Assembly (NCBI GenBank): GCA_965287045.1 | Contig: OZ336878.1 | Span: forward strand, 42,532,001 to 42,596,000 | Direction: 5' to 3' | Length of the DNA stretch: 64,000 nucleotides | DNA from: Carcharhinus amblyrhynchos | Taxonomy: Eukaryota | Shown: positions 63,943-64,000 of the stretch, one piece after another | Layout of the letters: each line of letters begins with the position of its first letter | How positions within the stretch are numbered: position 1 is the stretch's first letter | Notes under the pieces: generated by a model | The model's database searches: none | Told to the model about the DNA's origin: nothing | Seen by the model: the letters and a program-made list of their open reading frames with translations, nothing else | Position numbers and translations under genes: made by a program

Positions 63943-64000
63943 CAAACGTAACCTTGAAAGTGCAATGCAGAACTAAACTGACCTGGTTCCATAGCCTGTG

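Overview
This is eukaryotic genomic DNA, and the repeat families point to a cartilaginous fish (elasmobranch). The whole window lies inside the 3' half of a nuclear factor I A (NFIA) gene on the minus strand. Three coding exons of the proline-rich transactivation domain are visible with canonical AG/GT ends and consistent phases: 42757-42570, 23528-23363 and 20314-20223. They correspond to mammalian exons 8-10; the preceding exon and the terminal SWYLG exon were not found and probably lie outside the window. The introns are packed with transposon fossils: tRNA-derived HE1/V-SINE-like copies with two different tails, Deu-domain SINEs, at least two CR1-like LINE families (one very young copy with a 7-bp TSD), L2 fragments, a near full-length RTE LINE, two decayed PIF/Harbinger transposases (one with its Myb/SANT partner ORF), many TIR MITEs, and Penelope-like ends with decayed hammerhead cores. 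Almost all ORFs in the supplied track are spurious or repeat-derived. I see no convincing novel multi-gene system. The best leads are a candidate in-frame 30-nt NFIA microexon, a tandem splice donor, the two-gene Harbinger fossil with related MITEs, tail-swapped SINEs, and sense-strand hammerhead relics. All family assignments come from motif recognition by eye, not database searches, and repeat boundaries are approximate.
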